A DNA stretch of 64,000 bases from an uncultured Acidobacteriota bacterium. Lineage in GTDB: Bacteria; Acidobacteriota; Vicinamibacteria; Fen-336. Positions within the stretch are counted from its first letter, which is position 1. Each line of letters opens with the position of its first letter. The stretch is taken from positions 1,312,001 through 1,376,000 of the forward strand of contig OY970399.1 in the NCBI GenBank assembly GCA_963720545.1, in the 5' to 3' direction. The notes under the pieces were generated by a model, which saw only the letters and a program-made list of their open reading frames with translations, did no database searches and had not been told where the DNA came from. Position numbers and translations under genes: made by a program. This document shows, piece by piece, positions 1 through 11,757 of the stretch.

Positions 1-31
1 CGACCCCCAGACCGCCCTGCGGCAGGAGTAG
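1..31 (+). CDS. 3' end of an ABC permease (ADOP/MacB-like), partial
   Basis: Reads DPQTALRQE* (2-31), the same DPxxALRxE C-terminus as the five permeases at 18.4-30.6 kb. Confidence 0.65.
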   Translation, partial: DPQTALRQE

Positions 32-118
32 GTTGCCCCAGCAGGACGCTGTAGGCGAGATACATCGCGCGCAGTATGGCGGCTGACTGCCGGGGGGCGT
101 GAAGAGTAGGGTTTACCT

Positions 119-580
119 ATGAATACTGCCCGTTTGCCGTGGGCTCGGCTTGCGCCCGGCTCCTACAAGGCCCTGGCTTCGGTCAACGAATCGGTCGCGC
201 AGAGCACGCTCGGCAAGCGACTCATCGACCTGGTCCAGACCCGCGTTTCGCAGCTGAACGGCTGCGCCTTTTGCCTCGACATGCACTCTCACGACCTGCG
301 CCAGGGGGGCGAAGACTGGCAGCGGATCGTCAGCCTGCCGACCTGGCGCGAGACGGCCTTCTATGACGACCGCGAGCGCGCGGCGCTCAACTGGTGCGAG
401 TCGCTTACCCGGCTCACCGACCCCGGCCAGGGCGACCGCGATGCCGAATTCGCGCAGCTGAAGGCCGTGTTCAGCGACCAGGAAATCACCGAGCTGACGG
501 TGGTGGTGGCAATCATCAACGCCTGGAACCGGCTGGGCGTCGGCATGAGGCTGCCGCCGGCGGCCAAGCCCTTCGCCTGA
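119..580 (+). CDS. Carboxymuconolactone decarboxylase / AhpD-like alkylhydroperoxidase family protein
   Basis: SQLNGCAFCLDMH CxxC motif, ERAAL, INAWNRL family signatures. Confidence 0.9.
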   Translation: MNTARLPWARLAPGSYKALASVNESVAQSTLGKRLIDLVQTRVSQLNGCAFCLDMHSHDLRQGGEDWQRIVSLPTWRETAFYDDRERAALNWCESLTRLTDPGQGDRDAEFAQLKAVFSDQEITELTVVVAIINAWNRLGVGMRLPPAAKPFA

Positions 581-638
581 CCGCCTGCGGGAAGGGCCGC
601 TAGACACCATCTGGCGGCTTCGGCAACAATCGAAGACG

Positions 639-2864
639 ATGAGATCGAGAACCCCCCGGATCCTGGTCGCCGCCTTGCTGACGTTTGCCGCCGGCAGCTC
701 CTTTGGCCAATCGCCGCCGCTGCCCCCGGGTCCGAGCCCGGGGCCGAAGGCGACACCCGATCCGGCGGAGCAAGCCGCGGAGCAGGCGAACGTCCCGGTG
801 TTCCCCGCGCAGGCCGAGGTGGTCACGGTCGACGTGGTGGTGAACGACAAGAAGACCAACGAACCGGTGACCGGCCTGACGCAGGCCGACTTCATCGTCA
901 CCGAAGACGGCAAGCCGCAGACGGTGACGAGCTTCGAGGCGGTGCAGATCCCGGCGGCGCCGCCCACCGACGTCTCGCAGCAGGCGCGGGTCTCGACCAA
1001 CCAGGTGCCGGCCACGCAGGCCAGCCGCACCTTCATCGTGCTGTTCGACGACATCCACCTGGCACCGTTCCAGGCGAACCGCGCCAAGGCCGCGGTCGCC
1101 GAGTTCCTGACGAACGGCGTGCGCGAAGGCGACCACGTGATGCTGGTCTCGAGCGGCGGCAGCGCCTGGTGGAGCAGCAGGATGATGGCCGGCAAGGAGC
1201 AGCTCATCACCATGCTCAAGCGGCTCGAGGGCCGCTATATCCCCGACACCTCGAACGAGCGCATCAGCGACGCCGAGGCGATGCGCATCCACGTCTATCG
1301 CGACGCGCAGGTGATCGACCGCGTGTCGCGGCGCTTCGAGACCTACGGCGTCAGCCCGGGCGGCCAGAGCGGCCGCTCGCAGGGCGCGGTCACCGACGGC
1401 GACCCGCTGGTGATGTCGCGCGCACAGGAGGTCTATTACCAGTCGGTCACGCGCAACCGCATCACGCTCAGCATCATGGACCGCGTGCTCAAGTCGCTCG
1501 CCGGCAGCAGGGGCCGCAAGTCGCTGATCCTGGTCGGCGAGGGCTTCATCTACGATCCGCAGCTCACCGAGTTCAAGGACGTGGTGCAGTCGGCGCGGCG
1601 CGGCAACTGCGCCGTCTACTTCCTCGACACCGAAGGGCTCGGCGGCCTGTCCGTCTACCAGACCGCGCAGTTCGGGCCGGCGCTCGACACCCAGGACCTG
1701 GGCGCCGCGTTCTCCGAGAACCTCGACCGCGCCGAGGGCGCCGAGTCGATCGCCTCCGACAGCGGCGGCTTCTCGGTGAAGAACACCAACGACCTCACCA
1801 AGGGCATCACCCGCATCGCCAACGACTCGCGCGCCTATTACCTCGTCGGCTACCAGTCGACGAACACCGCGCGCGACGGCAAGTTCCGCAAGATCCAGGT
1901 GAAGATGGCCCGGAAGAACGTGGACGTGCGCGCGCGCAAGGGCTACTACGCGCCGCTCGAGGGCCAGAAGGTGGCGGCGCGCAAGGCCGGCGATCCTGAC
2001 CCGGTGATCCAGGCGGCGCTCGACTCGCCCTACGAATCCGAGGCGATCCCGATGCGCATGACGCACTTCGTCGGCGACGAGGCGCTGCTCGGCAAGGCCA
2101 CCGTCGGCATCGTCACCGAAGTGGACGTGCGGCAGTTCGGCTTCGAGAAGAAGGACGGCCGCAACCTCGACACCCTCGAGTTCCTGCTGGTGGTGGCGCA
2201 CCGCGAGACCGGCGAGTTCTTCCGCTTCGACCAGCAGATCGAGATGAAGCTGCAGGACGCGACGCGGCAGCGCATCGAGCAGACGTGGTTCGCGATTCCG
2301 CGCGACTTCGAGCTGGCGCCCGGCGGCTACCAGGCGAAGATGGTGGTGCGCGACAAGAACGCGAAGCGCGTCGGCACCCTGATCCACGAGTTCGAGGTGC
2401 CCGACCTCTCGAGCTTCCGCGTCTCGACGCCGGTCCTGTCGGACGCGCTGCAGGCGCCGCCAGCCGAGGAGAAGGACCAGAAGGGCCCGCCGCGCGCCGT
2501 GCACATGGTGCGCCGCGACTTTCCGCTGGGCGAGAACAAGTACGTCTTCTTTCAGTACGACGTGTACGGCGCGCAGAAGGACAAGACCAGTGGCATGCCG
2601 AAGGTGACCGCGGGCTACGTGGTGAAGAAGAAGGCCGACGGCGCTGTGGTCACCAAGGTGGACCCGACGCCGATCCAGCCGACTTCGATCGGCCGCCTGT
2701 CGCGCTTCACTGCCACCTCGATGAAGGACTACACCCCCGGCGATTACGAGATCGTCCTGAACCTGAAGGACGAGCTCTCGGGGAAGACGCTCGAGTACTC
2801 GGAGCCTTTCAAGGTGGTCCCGGCCGGCGCCGCCTCCCCCGCCCCCGGCAGCAACCAGAACTAA
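639..2864 (+). CDS. Secreted VWA domain-containing protein (acidobacterial VWFA-related type)
   Basis: Signal peptide; VTVDVVVND..GL...DF...EDGKPQ; GRKSLILVGEG; YYLVGY...DGKFRKIQV..VRARKGYYA. Confidence 0.85.
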   Translation: MRSRTPRILVAALLTFAAGSSFGQSPPLPPGPSPGPKATPDPAEQAAEQANVPVFPAQAEVVTVDVVVNDKKTNEPVTGLTQADFIVTEDGKPQTVTSFEAVQIPAAPPTDVSQQARVSTNQVPATQASRTFIVLFDDIHLAPFQANRAKAAVAEFLTNGVREGDHVMLVSSGGSAWWSSRMMAGKEQLITMLKRLEGRYIPDTSNERISDAEAMRIHVYRDAQVIDRVSRRFETYGVSPGGQSGRSQGAVTDGDPLVMSRAQEVYYQSVTRNRITLSIMDRVLKSLAGSRGRKSLILVGEGFIYDPQLTEFKDVVQSARRGNCAVYFLDTEGLGGLSVYQTAQFGPALDTQDLGAAFSENLDRAEGAESIASDSGGFSVKNTNDLTKGITRIANDSRAYYLVGYQSTNTARDGKFRKIQVKMARKNVDVRARKGYYAPLEGQKVAARKAGDPDPVIQAALDSPYESEAIPMRMTHFVGDEALLGKATVGIVTEVDVRQFGFEKKDGRNLDTLEFLLVVAHRETGEFFRFDQQIEMKLQDATRQRIEQTWFAIPRDFELAPGGYQAKMVVRDKNAKRVGTLIHEFEVPDLSSFRVSTPVLSDALQAPPAEEKDQKGPPRAVHMVRRDFPLGENKYVFFQYDVYGAQKDKTSGMPKVTAGYVVKKKADGAVVTKVDPTPIQPTSIGRLSRFTATSMKDYTPGDYEIVLNLKDELSGKTLEYSEPFKVVPAGAASPAPGSNQN

Positions 2865-2954
2865 CGCGAGCCTCGGAAGGCGGCCCCCAGAGGGCTGAGG
2901 GCTCTGTGTCGTCAGCAGGCCCCGAGGCACTCGCCGATGTTTGCTTGATTCGTA

Positions 2955-2978
2955 TCCACTGTGTCCGGACACAGTGGA
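2955..2978. repeat. Perfect 24-bp palindrome TCCACTGTGTCCGGACACAGTGGA
   Basis: Directly visible; loopless perfect inverted repeat in an intergenic region. Confidence 0.9.
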
Positions 2979-3128
2979 GTGAGATCCCTCGGGCCAGTGA
3001 AGGGCCTGGAGCTCTCGGGAAAACGGGGCGTCACAAGTCGTCACAGTTCCAAGGTTTTCCTCACCCAATCGTCCGGCGCGGCACTTTCGCGGGGAGCAGG
3101 TCGTAGCGTCTCTGTGGAGGTGATTGCT

Positions 3129-4445
3129 TTGACCTTTGAACGCCGACGTTTCCTGGCTGCTGCGGGGGCTGCCGCGGCTGTCCTTCCCTTCGTTCGTGCG
3201 GCCGAGGCTGATGAGTCGCAGACTCTGGCCGCGCCGTTTTCCTCCGACTGGGCCGCGGTGCGGGCGCAGTTCTCGCTGACGCGTGAGTACGCGCACTTTG
3301 CTTCCTTCCTCATGGCCGCGCATCCGCGGCCGGTGCGCGAGGCGATCGACGCGCTGCGCCGCGGGCTCGACGAGAACCCGGCCGAGATCATCGAGGCGGG
3401 GCTGTTCACGCGCCCGGCCGTGGTGCGAACGGCGATTGCAAAGTACCTGGGTGGCGTCGCCGACGACGTGGCGATCACCCACTGCACCACCGAGGGGTTG
3501 GCGCTGGTGTGGGCGGGGCTGAGGTTTTCGCCCGGCGACGAGCTGCTCACCACCAACCATGACCACTTCGTGCAGCACGAGGCGATCCGCCTCGCCTGCG
3601 CGCGCAGCGGCGCGAGCTCGCGGCGGTTCGCGCTCTACGACGATCCCGCGGCGGCCACAGAGGCGGAAATGGCGCGCCGGCTGGCGGCGGCGATCACTCC
3701 CGCGACCCGCGCGATCGGTGTCACCTGGGTGCACTCGTCCACGGGCGTGAAGACGCCGCTGCGGCGCTTCGCGTCGGTCGTCGCCGAAGCCAATCGGAAG
3801 CGTCCGGCCGAAGAACAGGTCCTGCTCATCGTCGACGGCGTCCACGGCATCGGCGTCGAGGACGAGACGATCGCCGAGACCGGCGTCGACTTCTTCGCGG
3901 CCGGTTGTCACAAGTGGCTGTTCGGGCCGCGCGGCACCGGCTTCGTGTGGGGACGGGGCGCGACCGCCTGGCAGCGCGTCGCCGGCATCGTGCCGTCCTT
4001 CGAGATGGAGACGTTCATGGCCTGGATGCAGGAACGCGACGCAGGTCCGACTCGCGGCGCCGGCTGGGTGGCGCCCGGGGGCTTCAGCACCTTCGAGCAC
4101 ACCTGGGCAATTCCGTCCGCCTTCGAATTCCACCAGGCGATCGGCCGGGCGCGCATCGCACAGCGCATCCACGACCTCAACAGCCGCATCAAGGACGGTC
4201 TCGCAGCGCTGCCGCGGGTGAAGGTGCACACGCCGCGCGACGTTGCGGTGTCGGCGGGGCTCGTGTGCTTCGAGGTGGACGGAATGAAGGCCGACGAAGT
4301 CGCGAAGGCACTCCGCGCCCGGAAGATCATCGCGGCGGCGAGCCCCTACCGAGTGTCCTATCCGCGGCTTGCCGGCAGCCTCGTCAACACGCCCGAGGAG
4401 GTCGAGCGCGCCGTCGCGGCGGTCGCAGCGCTGCGGCCCGCCTGA
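3129..4445 (+). CDS. Aminotransferase class V PLP enzyme with Tat signal (isopenicillin N epimerase / cysteine lyase-like)
   Basis: GGAGG RBS before TTG at 3129; ERRRFLAAAG Tat motif; VDGVH and GCHKWLFGPRGTG PLP-lysine motif. Confidence 0.85.
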   Translation: MTFERRRFLAAAGAAAAVLPFVRAAEADESQTLAAPFSSDWAAVRAQFSLTREYAHFASFLMAAHPRPVREAIDALRRGLDENPAEIIEAGLFTRPAVVRTAIAKYLGGVADDVAITHCTTEGLALVWAGLRFSPGDELLTTNHDHFVQHEAIRLACARSGASSRRFALYDDPAAATEAEMARRLAAAITPATRAIGVTWVHSSTGVKTPLRRFASVVAEANRKRPAEEQVLLIVDGVHGIGVEDETIAETGVDFFAAGCHKWLFGPRGTGFVWGRGATAWQRVAGIVPSFEMETFMAWMQERDAGPTRGAGWVAPGGFSTFEHTWAIPSAFEFHQAIGRARIAQRIHDLNSRIKDGLAALPRVKVHTPRDVAVSAGLVCFEVDGMKADEVAKALRARKIIAAASPYRVSYPRLAGSLVNTPEEVERAVAAVAALRPA

Positions 4446-4455
4446 CGCCTGACGC

Positions 4456-4851
4456 CTAGCGGGTGGCGGGGGACGGTGTGGCGGCCGTCGGCGAGGTTGG
4501 CGACGCGGTCGGCGCGACGGTTGGGGCGACCGAGGGTTGGACCGTGGGGAGCACTGCGGGCGCCGCGGAGGTGGTGGGCGCCGGGGCGCCGGGCAGCGAT
4601 TGCAGGATCGAACTCGAGGGCGCCAGGATCGCGAGCATCAGGCTCGTCACCATGAAGAGCGCAGCGAGGATGGTGGTGGCACGCGACAGCACGGTTGCCC
4701 CGGCCCTCGGCCCGAAGGCCGTCTGCGTGCCGGCGCCGCCGAAGGCGCTGGCGAGGTCCTGGCCCTTGCCCTGCTGGAGCAGGACGACGGCGATCAGGAA
4801 CAGGCAGCAGATGATGTGCAGCGTCAGGACGAGGTAAAACGCGACTGTCAT
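4456..4851 (-). CDS. secG: Preprotein translocase subunit SecG
   Basis: VLLQQGKGQDLASAFGG...LSRAT motif, two TM helices, follows tpiA. Confidence 0.95.
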   Translation of the reverse strand: MTVAFYLVLTLHIICCLFLIAVVLLQQGKGQDLASAFGGAGTQTAFGPRAGATVLSRATTILAALFMVTSLMLAILAPSSSILQSLPGAPAPTTSAAPAVLPTVQPSVAPTVAPTASPTSPTAATPSPATR

Positions 4852-4864
4852 AGAGCCCTTGATT

Positions 4865-5626
<762 letters not shown>

Positions 5627-5629
5627 CGG

Positions 5630-6829
5630 CTAGGCCGCGTCCTGCAGGCACGCGACACCGGGTAGTTCGGCGCCGCTCAGGTACTCGAGCGAGGCGCCGC
5701 CGCCGGTCGAGACGTGATCGATCCGATCCGCGAGGTTCATCTGCGTGATGGCCGCGACGCTGTCGCCGCCGCCGACGATGGTGGTGCCGGTGCAGCCCGC
5801 CATGGCGCTGGCGACCGCGAGCGTGCCCTGCGCGAACGGCGCCATCTCGAAGACGCCCATCGGGCCGTTCCACACGACGAGCCGCGCCTCGCCCACCAGC
5901 TTGCCGTACGCGGCTGCCGTGCGCGGGCCGATGTCGAGGCCCATGTAGCCGTCGGGAATCTCGCTCACCGGCACCGTGCGGTGCTCGGCATCGGCGCTGA
6001 AGGCGGCCGCCACGACGTGGTCGATCGGCAGGTGCAGCTTGCCGGCGGCGCGGCCGAGCAGGTCGCGGGCGAGGTCCACCTTGTCTTCCTCGACGAGGCT
6101 CTTTGCCGTCGGCAATCCCTGCGCGCGGAAGAAGGTGTAGGCCATGCCGCCGCCGACCAGCAGCGCGTCCACGCGCGGCAGCAGGCTGTCGATGACCTCG
6201 ATCTTGTCGGAGACCTTGGCGCCGCCGAGGATGGCGACGAACGGGCGTTCCGGCGTGCCGAGTGCCATGCCGAGATAGCGCAATTCCTTCTCGAGCAGCA
6301 GGCCCGCGACGGCTTCCTGCACGTGCCGGGCGACGCCTTCGGTGGACGCATGGGCGCGATGCGCGGTGCCGAACGCGTCGTTGACGAACACCGTGGCGCC
6401 GGTGTCGGCGATCAGCGCGCGCGCGAACTCGGGGTCGTTTTTCTCTTCCTCGGGATGGAAGCGCACGTTCTCGAGCAGCAGCGCCGAGCCGTCCTGAAGC
6501 TCGCCGCAGAGGCGCTTCACTTCGGCGCCGATGCAATCCGGCGCGAGCGGCACCGAGCCGCCGAGAAGCTCGCCGAGGCGCGCGGCCACGGGGGCGAGCG
6601 AAAATTCCGGCGCCTTGCCCTTCTTGGGACGGCCCAGGTGCGATGCCAGGATGACGCGGGCGCCTTTCTCCTGCAGCGCCTTGATCGTCGGTACGGCGCC
6701 GCGGATGCGCGTGTCGTCGGTGATGTGGCCGCCCTCGACGGGCACGTTGAAGTCGACGCGCACGAACACGCGCTGTCCGTGGAGGTCGCCCAGCTCCTTC
6801 ACCGTCCGCTTCTGCTGCGCCGTCGCCAC
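5630..6829 (-). CDS. pgk: Phosphoglycerate kinase
   Basis: [45 protein letters not shown]. Confidence 0.99.
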   Translation of the reverse strand: MATAQQKRTVKELGDLHGQRVFVRVDFNVPVEGGHITDDTRIRGAVPTIKALQEKGARVILASHLGRPKKGKAPEFSLAPVAARLGELLGGSVPLAPDCIGAEVKRLCGELQDGSALLLENVRFHPEEEKNDPEFARALIADTGATVFVNDAFGTAHRAHASTEGVARHVQEAVAGLLLEKELRYLGMALGTPERPFVAILGGAKVSDKIEVIDSLLPRVDALLVGGGMAYTFFRAQGLPTAKSLVEEDKVDLARDLLGRAAGKLHLPIDHVVAAAFSADAEHRTVPVSEIPDGYMGLDIGPRTAAAYGKLVGEARLVVWNGPMGVFEMAPFAQGTLAVASAMAGCTGTTIVGGGDSVAAITQMNLADRIDHVSTGGGASLEYLSGAELPGVACLQDAA

Positions 6830-6839
6830 CGGTGCGCGC

Positions 6840-7850
<1,011 letters not shown>

Positions 7851-7920
7851 TGACAATTTCCTCCCGGGGAACCTGAGAACGGCGAGTCTATCAACCCGCG
7901 CGCTCTTTTTTAGCCGTGCG

Positions 7921-7949
7921 GAATAAACCGACCGATCGTGCTATTATTC
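7921..7949. promoter_or_regulatory. Putative TetR operator overlapping an extended -10 (TGcTATTAT)
   Basis: GAATAA-N17-TTATTC inverted repeat enclosing ACCGACCGATCGTGCTA, immediately upstream of the TetR ATG. Confidence 0.5.
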
Positions 7950-7954
7950 GCCGG

Positions 7955-8563
7955 ATGGCGGTGAGCAAGGGCGAGCACACGCGCAGGAAGATCGTCGGCC
8001 GGGCGCTGGCGCTTGCCGGCGAGACCGGCCTCGACGGCCTGTCGCTCGGCGTGCTGGCGGAAGACACGCGGCTCTCGAAGAGCGGCCTCTTCGCCCACTT
8101 CCGCTCGAAGGAAGCGCTGCAGCTGGGCGTGCTGCAGGCGATGACCGAGCGCTTCACCGACCAGGTGATCCGCCCCGCGCTGCTGGCACCGCGCGGCGAG
8201 CCGCGGCTGCGGCTGCTGTTCGAGAAGAACGTGGAATGGATCCGCGGCAGCGAAGGGCGGCGCGGCTGCCTGCTGCAGAAGCTCGCGAGCGAGTATGCCG
8301 ACCGGCCGGGGCCGCTGCGCGACCGGGTGGCCGAGGCGATGCGCGCGTGGCACGAGGTGGTGGCGCGCACGGCGCACGGCGCCGTCGAGAGCGGCGCCTT
8401 CCGTGCCGGCCTCGACGCGGCTGCCTTCGCCGACGAGTTCCTCGGCCTCGCGATGATGTTCCAGCAGCATCACCGCCTGCTGCGCGACCGCGTCGCTGAA
8501 AAGCGCGTGGTCGCGGCCTTTGACGCGCTGCTGCGCCGCAGCCGCGCGCAGCGGAAGCACTGA
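7955..8563 (+). CDS. TetR/AcrR family transcriptional regulator
   Basis: N-terminal HTH LSKSGLFAHFRSKEAL; GCL motif in the C-terminal domain. Confidence 0.93.
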   Translation: MAVSKGEHTRRKIVGRALALAGETGLDGLSLGVLAEDTRLSKSGLFAHFRSKEALQLGVLQAMTERFTDQVIRPALLAPRGEPRLRLLFEKNVEWIRGSEGRRGCLLQKLASEYADRPGPLRDRVAEAMRAWHEVVARTAHGAVESGAFRAGLDAAAFADEFLGLAMMFQQHHRLLRDRVAEKRVVAAFDALLRRSRAQRKH

Positions 8564-9456
8564 TGCCGCGCCGCGCCTCCCCCGCCCTGCGCTGGGCCAT
8601 GCGCAACATCGGCCGTGCTTTGCCCGGACTTGCGGCACGCACCGCGCAGCGCATCTTCTTCACGCCGGTGCACGCACGGCCGCGCACGGAAGAGGCAGCT
8701 CTCCTCCAGACCGCGGAGAAACACCAGTTCGCGGCGCGCCACGGGCGTGTCGCGTACTGGTCGTGGGGCGCCGGCCCGGCCGTGCTCCTCGCCCACGGCT
8801 GGGGCGGGCACGCCGGGCACATGACGGCGTTCGTCGCGCCGCTGGTTGCCGCCGGCTACCGCGTGATCGCAGTCGACCAACCGGCGCACGGCGCGTCCGC
8901 GGGCAAGCGCTCATCGCTCGCCCACTTCGCCCACACCATCGAGGACCTGGCACATGCCGTGGGCGGCTTCGATGCGGCAGTGGCGCATTCGATGGGCACC
9001 TCGGCAGTGACCCTGGCGCTGAACCGCGGCCTGCAACTGCGCCGCGCGGTGTTCATCGCCGCGACCGCTTCTTTCGAGGGCGTGTGGCGGCGGTTCCGCG
9101 AGGGGCTCGAGATGCCGCCCGCAGCCTGGGAACGCATGGTCGCGAACACCACGCGCTGGCTCGGCATCGGCTTCGGCGAGATCGAACCTGCGCTGCTCGC
9201 GCGCACCATGACGCTGCCGCTGCTCGTCATCCAGGACCCGGGCGACCGGCAGACGCCGCTGCGCGAAGGCGAGCGCCTCGCGGCCGCATGGCCGGGCGCG
9301 CGACTCCTCGCGATTCCCGCAGGCGGACACGTGCGGATGCTCAAGGATGCGCGGGTGGTGGCGGCGGCGCTGGCGTTCCTGCCGTTAGAAGCCCCAGCTC
9401 GCGCCGAGGTAGACGCCGCGGGTCGCGGCCGGGAAGAACTCGCTGTAAAAGCCTGA
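8563..9456 (+). CDS. Alpha/beta fold hydrolase
   Basis: HGWGG, AHSMG nucleophile elbow, Asp (QDPGD) and His (GGH); TGATG coupling to TetR. Confidence 0.9.
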   Translation: MPRRASPALRWAMRNIGRALPGLAARTAQRIFFTPVHARPRTEEAALLQTAEKHQFAARHGRVAYWSWGAGPAVLLAHGWGGHAGHMTAFVAPLVAAGYRVIAVDQPAHGASAGKRSSLAHFAHTIEDLAHAVGGFDAAVAHSMGTSAVTLALNRGLQLRRAVFIAATASFEGVWRRFREGLEMPPAAWERMVANTTRWLGIGFGEIEPALLARTMTLPLLVIQDPGDRQTPLREGERLAAAWPGARLLAIPAGGHVRMLKDARVVAAALAFLPLEAPARAEVDAAGRGREELAVKA

Positions 9457-11634
9457 GAAGCCGGCGTTCGGATAGGAATAGCCGAAGGTCGTGAATCTGC
9501 GGTTGCCCAGGTTCTCGACAAAGGCTTGCAGCCGCAGGCGCTTGCCGACTCGCCAGGTGGCCTGCGCGTCGAGGGTCAGGCCGGGATCGACGAACTTGTT
9601 GACGTAACCCTCGGCAGCCCGCGCCGGCGGCGTCTTGCGCTCGTTCTCGCTGTTGTCGGTGAAGAGGCGGCCGACATGGCGTGCGCCGAACGCCACACGC
9701 AACGGGCCGAGGGTGCGCGCGAGCCGCAGCCGCGCAAGATGGCGGGGGAAGAGCGCGACGCGGTTGCCCGAGTAGTCGGCAGCGACCGGCTGCCCCGTCG
9801 CGTCCACGCTGCGCAGCACGAGAGCCGACAGCCGGTCCGAGCTCGCGCTCACGAAACCGTCGAGGTCGAGGCCGCCGCCGAGCGGTGCGCGCAACGCGAG
9901 CTCGAGCCCCTGATGTATGGAACGACCGGCGTTGGCGGTCAGCGGGTTGCCGTCGTCGTCGAGGCCGCCGGCAAACACCAGTTCGTCGCGAAACCGCATG
10001 CGATAGGCGGCGAGGCTCAGCCGTCCGCGGCCAATTGCCAGCGTCGCGCCAGCCTCGAGATCGAAGAGCGACTCGGGCCGCGCCAGTGGCTCGGTCAACT
10101 GCCGCCCGTCGGCCGCGACGCGCGCAAACGCGGCACGCGGGTCGCTGCCTGGATCCTGCGGATCCCAGATGTCACGGAACGCAGGCTCGGAGCGGGCACT
10201 GGCGACGGCGGCGAACATGCCGAATGCGGGGCTCTTGTTCCAGTTCACGCCGAAGCGCGGCGTGAACCACGAATAGCGGCCCTCGAAGGAAAACCCGCGG
10301 CTCAGGTCGCGGCGCATCGCGTAGCGGTGCGTGGTGGCCGAAAGCTCGGCGCTCAGGCTCAACTCGGGCCTCACCGCCAGAGTCTGGCGGGCGAAGAGCG
10401 AAAGCGAATCCTTCTCGGTGCGGTAGTTGTAGAGCGAGAACGGCAGCGCCAAAGGCGTGCCGGCAGACGCGCCGTCGGTCAGCGTTCCGTCGTGATGCGC
10501 CCGATGCACACTGGCTTCGACGCCGGCGTCGAGCGTGCCGTGGGCCTGCTGCCAGCGCAGGCGCGGGATGAGTCCCAGTCGCCGCTCGTCGATCGCGCGC
10601 CGACGCCAGGCGGCGGCCACGGCGCGTACGTCCGCCGGCCGTCCGTCGGGTGCGAAGCCGGTCACCACGTCGCGCTCGGCGTCGAACTGGCGGTAGGCAC
10701 CGCTGCCCAGGATCGCGTAGGCGGTGCTGCGCACGCTGAGCGCGGCGCTGGCCGCCCAGTCGTGCGTGAGCCGGACGTGCGGCTGCGTGTACGTGTCGAT
10801 CTCGCCGGGGTGCAGGAAGTTCGCGCGCCGGTCCGCGTCGCGGTCGCCGCTGATCGCGCCGCTCAGGTAATCGGCGGTGACGCCGGTGAACGCGAGCTCG
10901 GTGCGCTCCGGGCCGCCGAAGGCCGCGAGCCGCAGCGCCGAGCGCTCACCGTAGCGCTCGAAGGACACCTGGGCCAGCAGGTGGCGCACCGAGGCGCGCT
11001 CCCTGTAGCCCGCGGAGCCGATGCGGCTCAGGCGCGCGAGCCAGGCATAACGGCCGTCACGACTCGCGCCGGCGTGCCGCAACGAAGCGCGTGTGGTGCC
11101 AAACGAGCCCGCTGTCAACGCTGCCTCGGTGCCCACAAGGCTGCGCGCCGGTGCCGTCTCCAGGTTGAGGGCGCCACCGACCGCCGGCGAACCGTAGAGC
11201 GCCGTGCCGGTGCCGCGCTGGACCTGGACGTTGTCGAGGCCCGCGGCGAAGTCGGCAAGATCGACGAAGTACACCTGGTGCGTCTCCGCGGTGTTGAGGG
11301 GCACGCCGTCGATCGTCACCGCGATGCGCCGCTGGTCGAAGCCGCGCAGGCTGAGGTAGGCGTAGCCGACACCGTTGCCGGCGTCGCTGTACGCGTAGGC
11401 GCCGGGGACGTCCGACACCAGCGCCGCCAGGTCCTGGCCGTGGTGCAGGGTTTCGATCTGCGCGCGGTCGAGATTGGTGAAGCTCACCGGGTCGCGGCGC
11501 TCCTCGGCCCGGTCGGCGGTGACGATGACCTGCTCGACGACCACAGGCGGTGACGGCGAGGACGTGGGTTGCTGGGCCCAGGTGGCGGGCGCGGCGCTGA
11601 GGATCACGGCTGGAACGAGAACGGCAAGTCGCAT
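9385..11634 (-). CDS. TonB-dependent receptor, probably for thiamine
   Basis: EQVIVTA TonB-box-like segment, SLRGFDQRRIAVTIDGVPLN plug, C-terminal Phe; directly downstream of a TPP riboswitch. Confidence 0.88.
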   Translation of the reverse strand: MRLAVLVPAVILSAAPATWAQQPTSSPSPPVVVEQVIVTADRAEERRDPVSFTNLDRAQIETLHHGQDLAALVSDVPGAYAYSDAGNGVGYAYLSLRGFDQRRIAVTIDGVPLNTAETHQVYFVDLADFAAGLDNVQVQRGTGTALYGSPAVGGALNLETAPARSLVGTEAALTAGSFGTTRASLRHAGASRDGRYAWLARLSRIGSAGYRERASVRHLLAQVSFERYGERSALRLAAFGGPERTELAFTGVTADYLSGAISGDRDADRRANFLHPGEIDTYTQPHVRLTHDWAASAALSVRSTAYAILGSGAYRQFDAERDVVTGFAPDGRPADVRAVAAAWRRRAIDERRLGLIPRLRWQQAHGTLDAGVEASVHRAHHDGTLTDGASAGTPLALPFSLYNYRTEKDSLSLFARQTLAVRPELSLSAELSATTHRYAMRRDLSRGFSFEGRYSWFTPRFGVNWNKSPAFGMFAAVASARSEPAFRDIWDPQDPGSDPRAAFARVAADGRQLTEPLARPESLFDLEAGATLAIGRGRLSLAAYRMRFRDELVFAGGLDDDGNPLTANAGRSIHQGLELALRAPLGGGLDLDGFVSASSDRLSALVLRSVDATGQPVAADYSGNRVALFPRHLARLRLARTLGPLRVAFGARHVGRLFTDNSENERKTPPARAAEGYVNKFVDPGLTLDAQATWRVGKRLRLQAFVENLGNRRFTTFGYSYPNAGFSGFYSEFFPAATRGVYLGASWGF

Positions 11635-11637
11635 CTT

Positions 11638-11719
11638 CGTTTTCCTACGCTGGCATGACCCAGGTCAGGTTCGAGGGTTTGATCTCAGCCCACGCCGATC
11701 GGCGCGGGCACCCCTAACG
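11638..11719 (-). ncRNA. TPP (THI-box) riboswitch
   Basis: Minus strand reads GGGGTGC-P3-CTGAGA-ACCC-GAACCTGACCTGGGTCATGCCAGCGTAGGAA with P1 CGTT/AACG, matching the TPP consensus. Confidence 0.93.
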
Positions 11720-11757
11720 GTGTATGGACTCGAATCTAGGCGGGCGTGCCGGCGCCG

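Noticed and set aside
600..4229. 1209-aa minus-strand ORF and the many other long shadow ORFs (e.g. 33435-36311, 40898-44152, 23149-26577, 52025-54814)
   Set aside because: They are antisense or off-frame to well-supported genes, Arg/Ala/Gly-rich with no motifs, and expected in very high-GC DNA.
4440..4460. tRNA-Leu often found after secG; short CTGACGC tandem repeat
   Set aside because: Only 10 bp separate the convergent genes, so there is no tRNA; the 7-bp duplication is too short to interpret.
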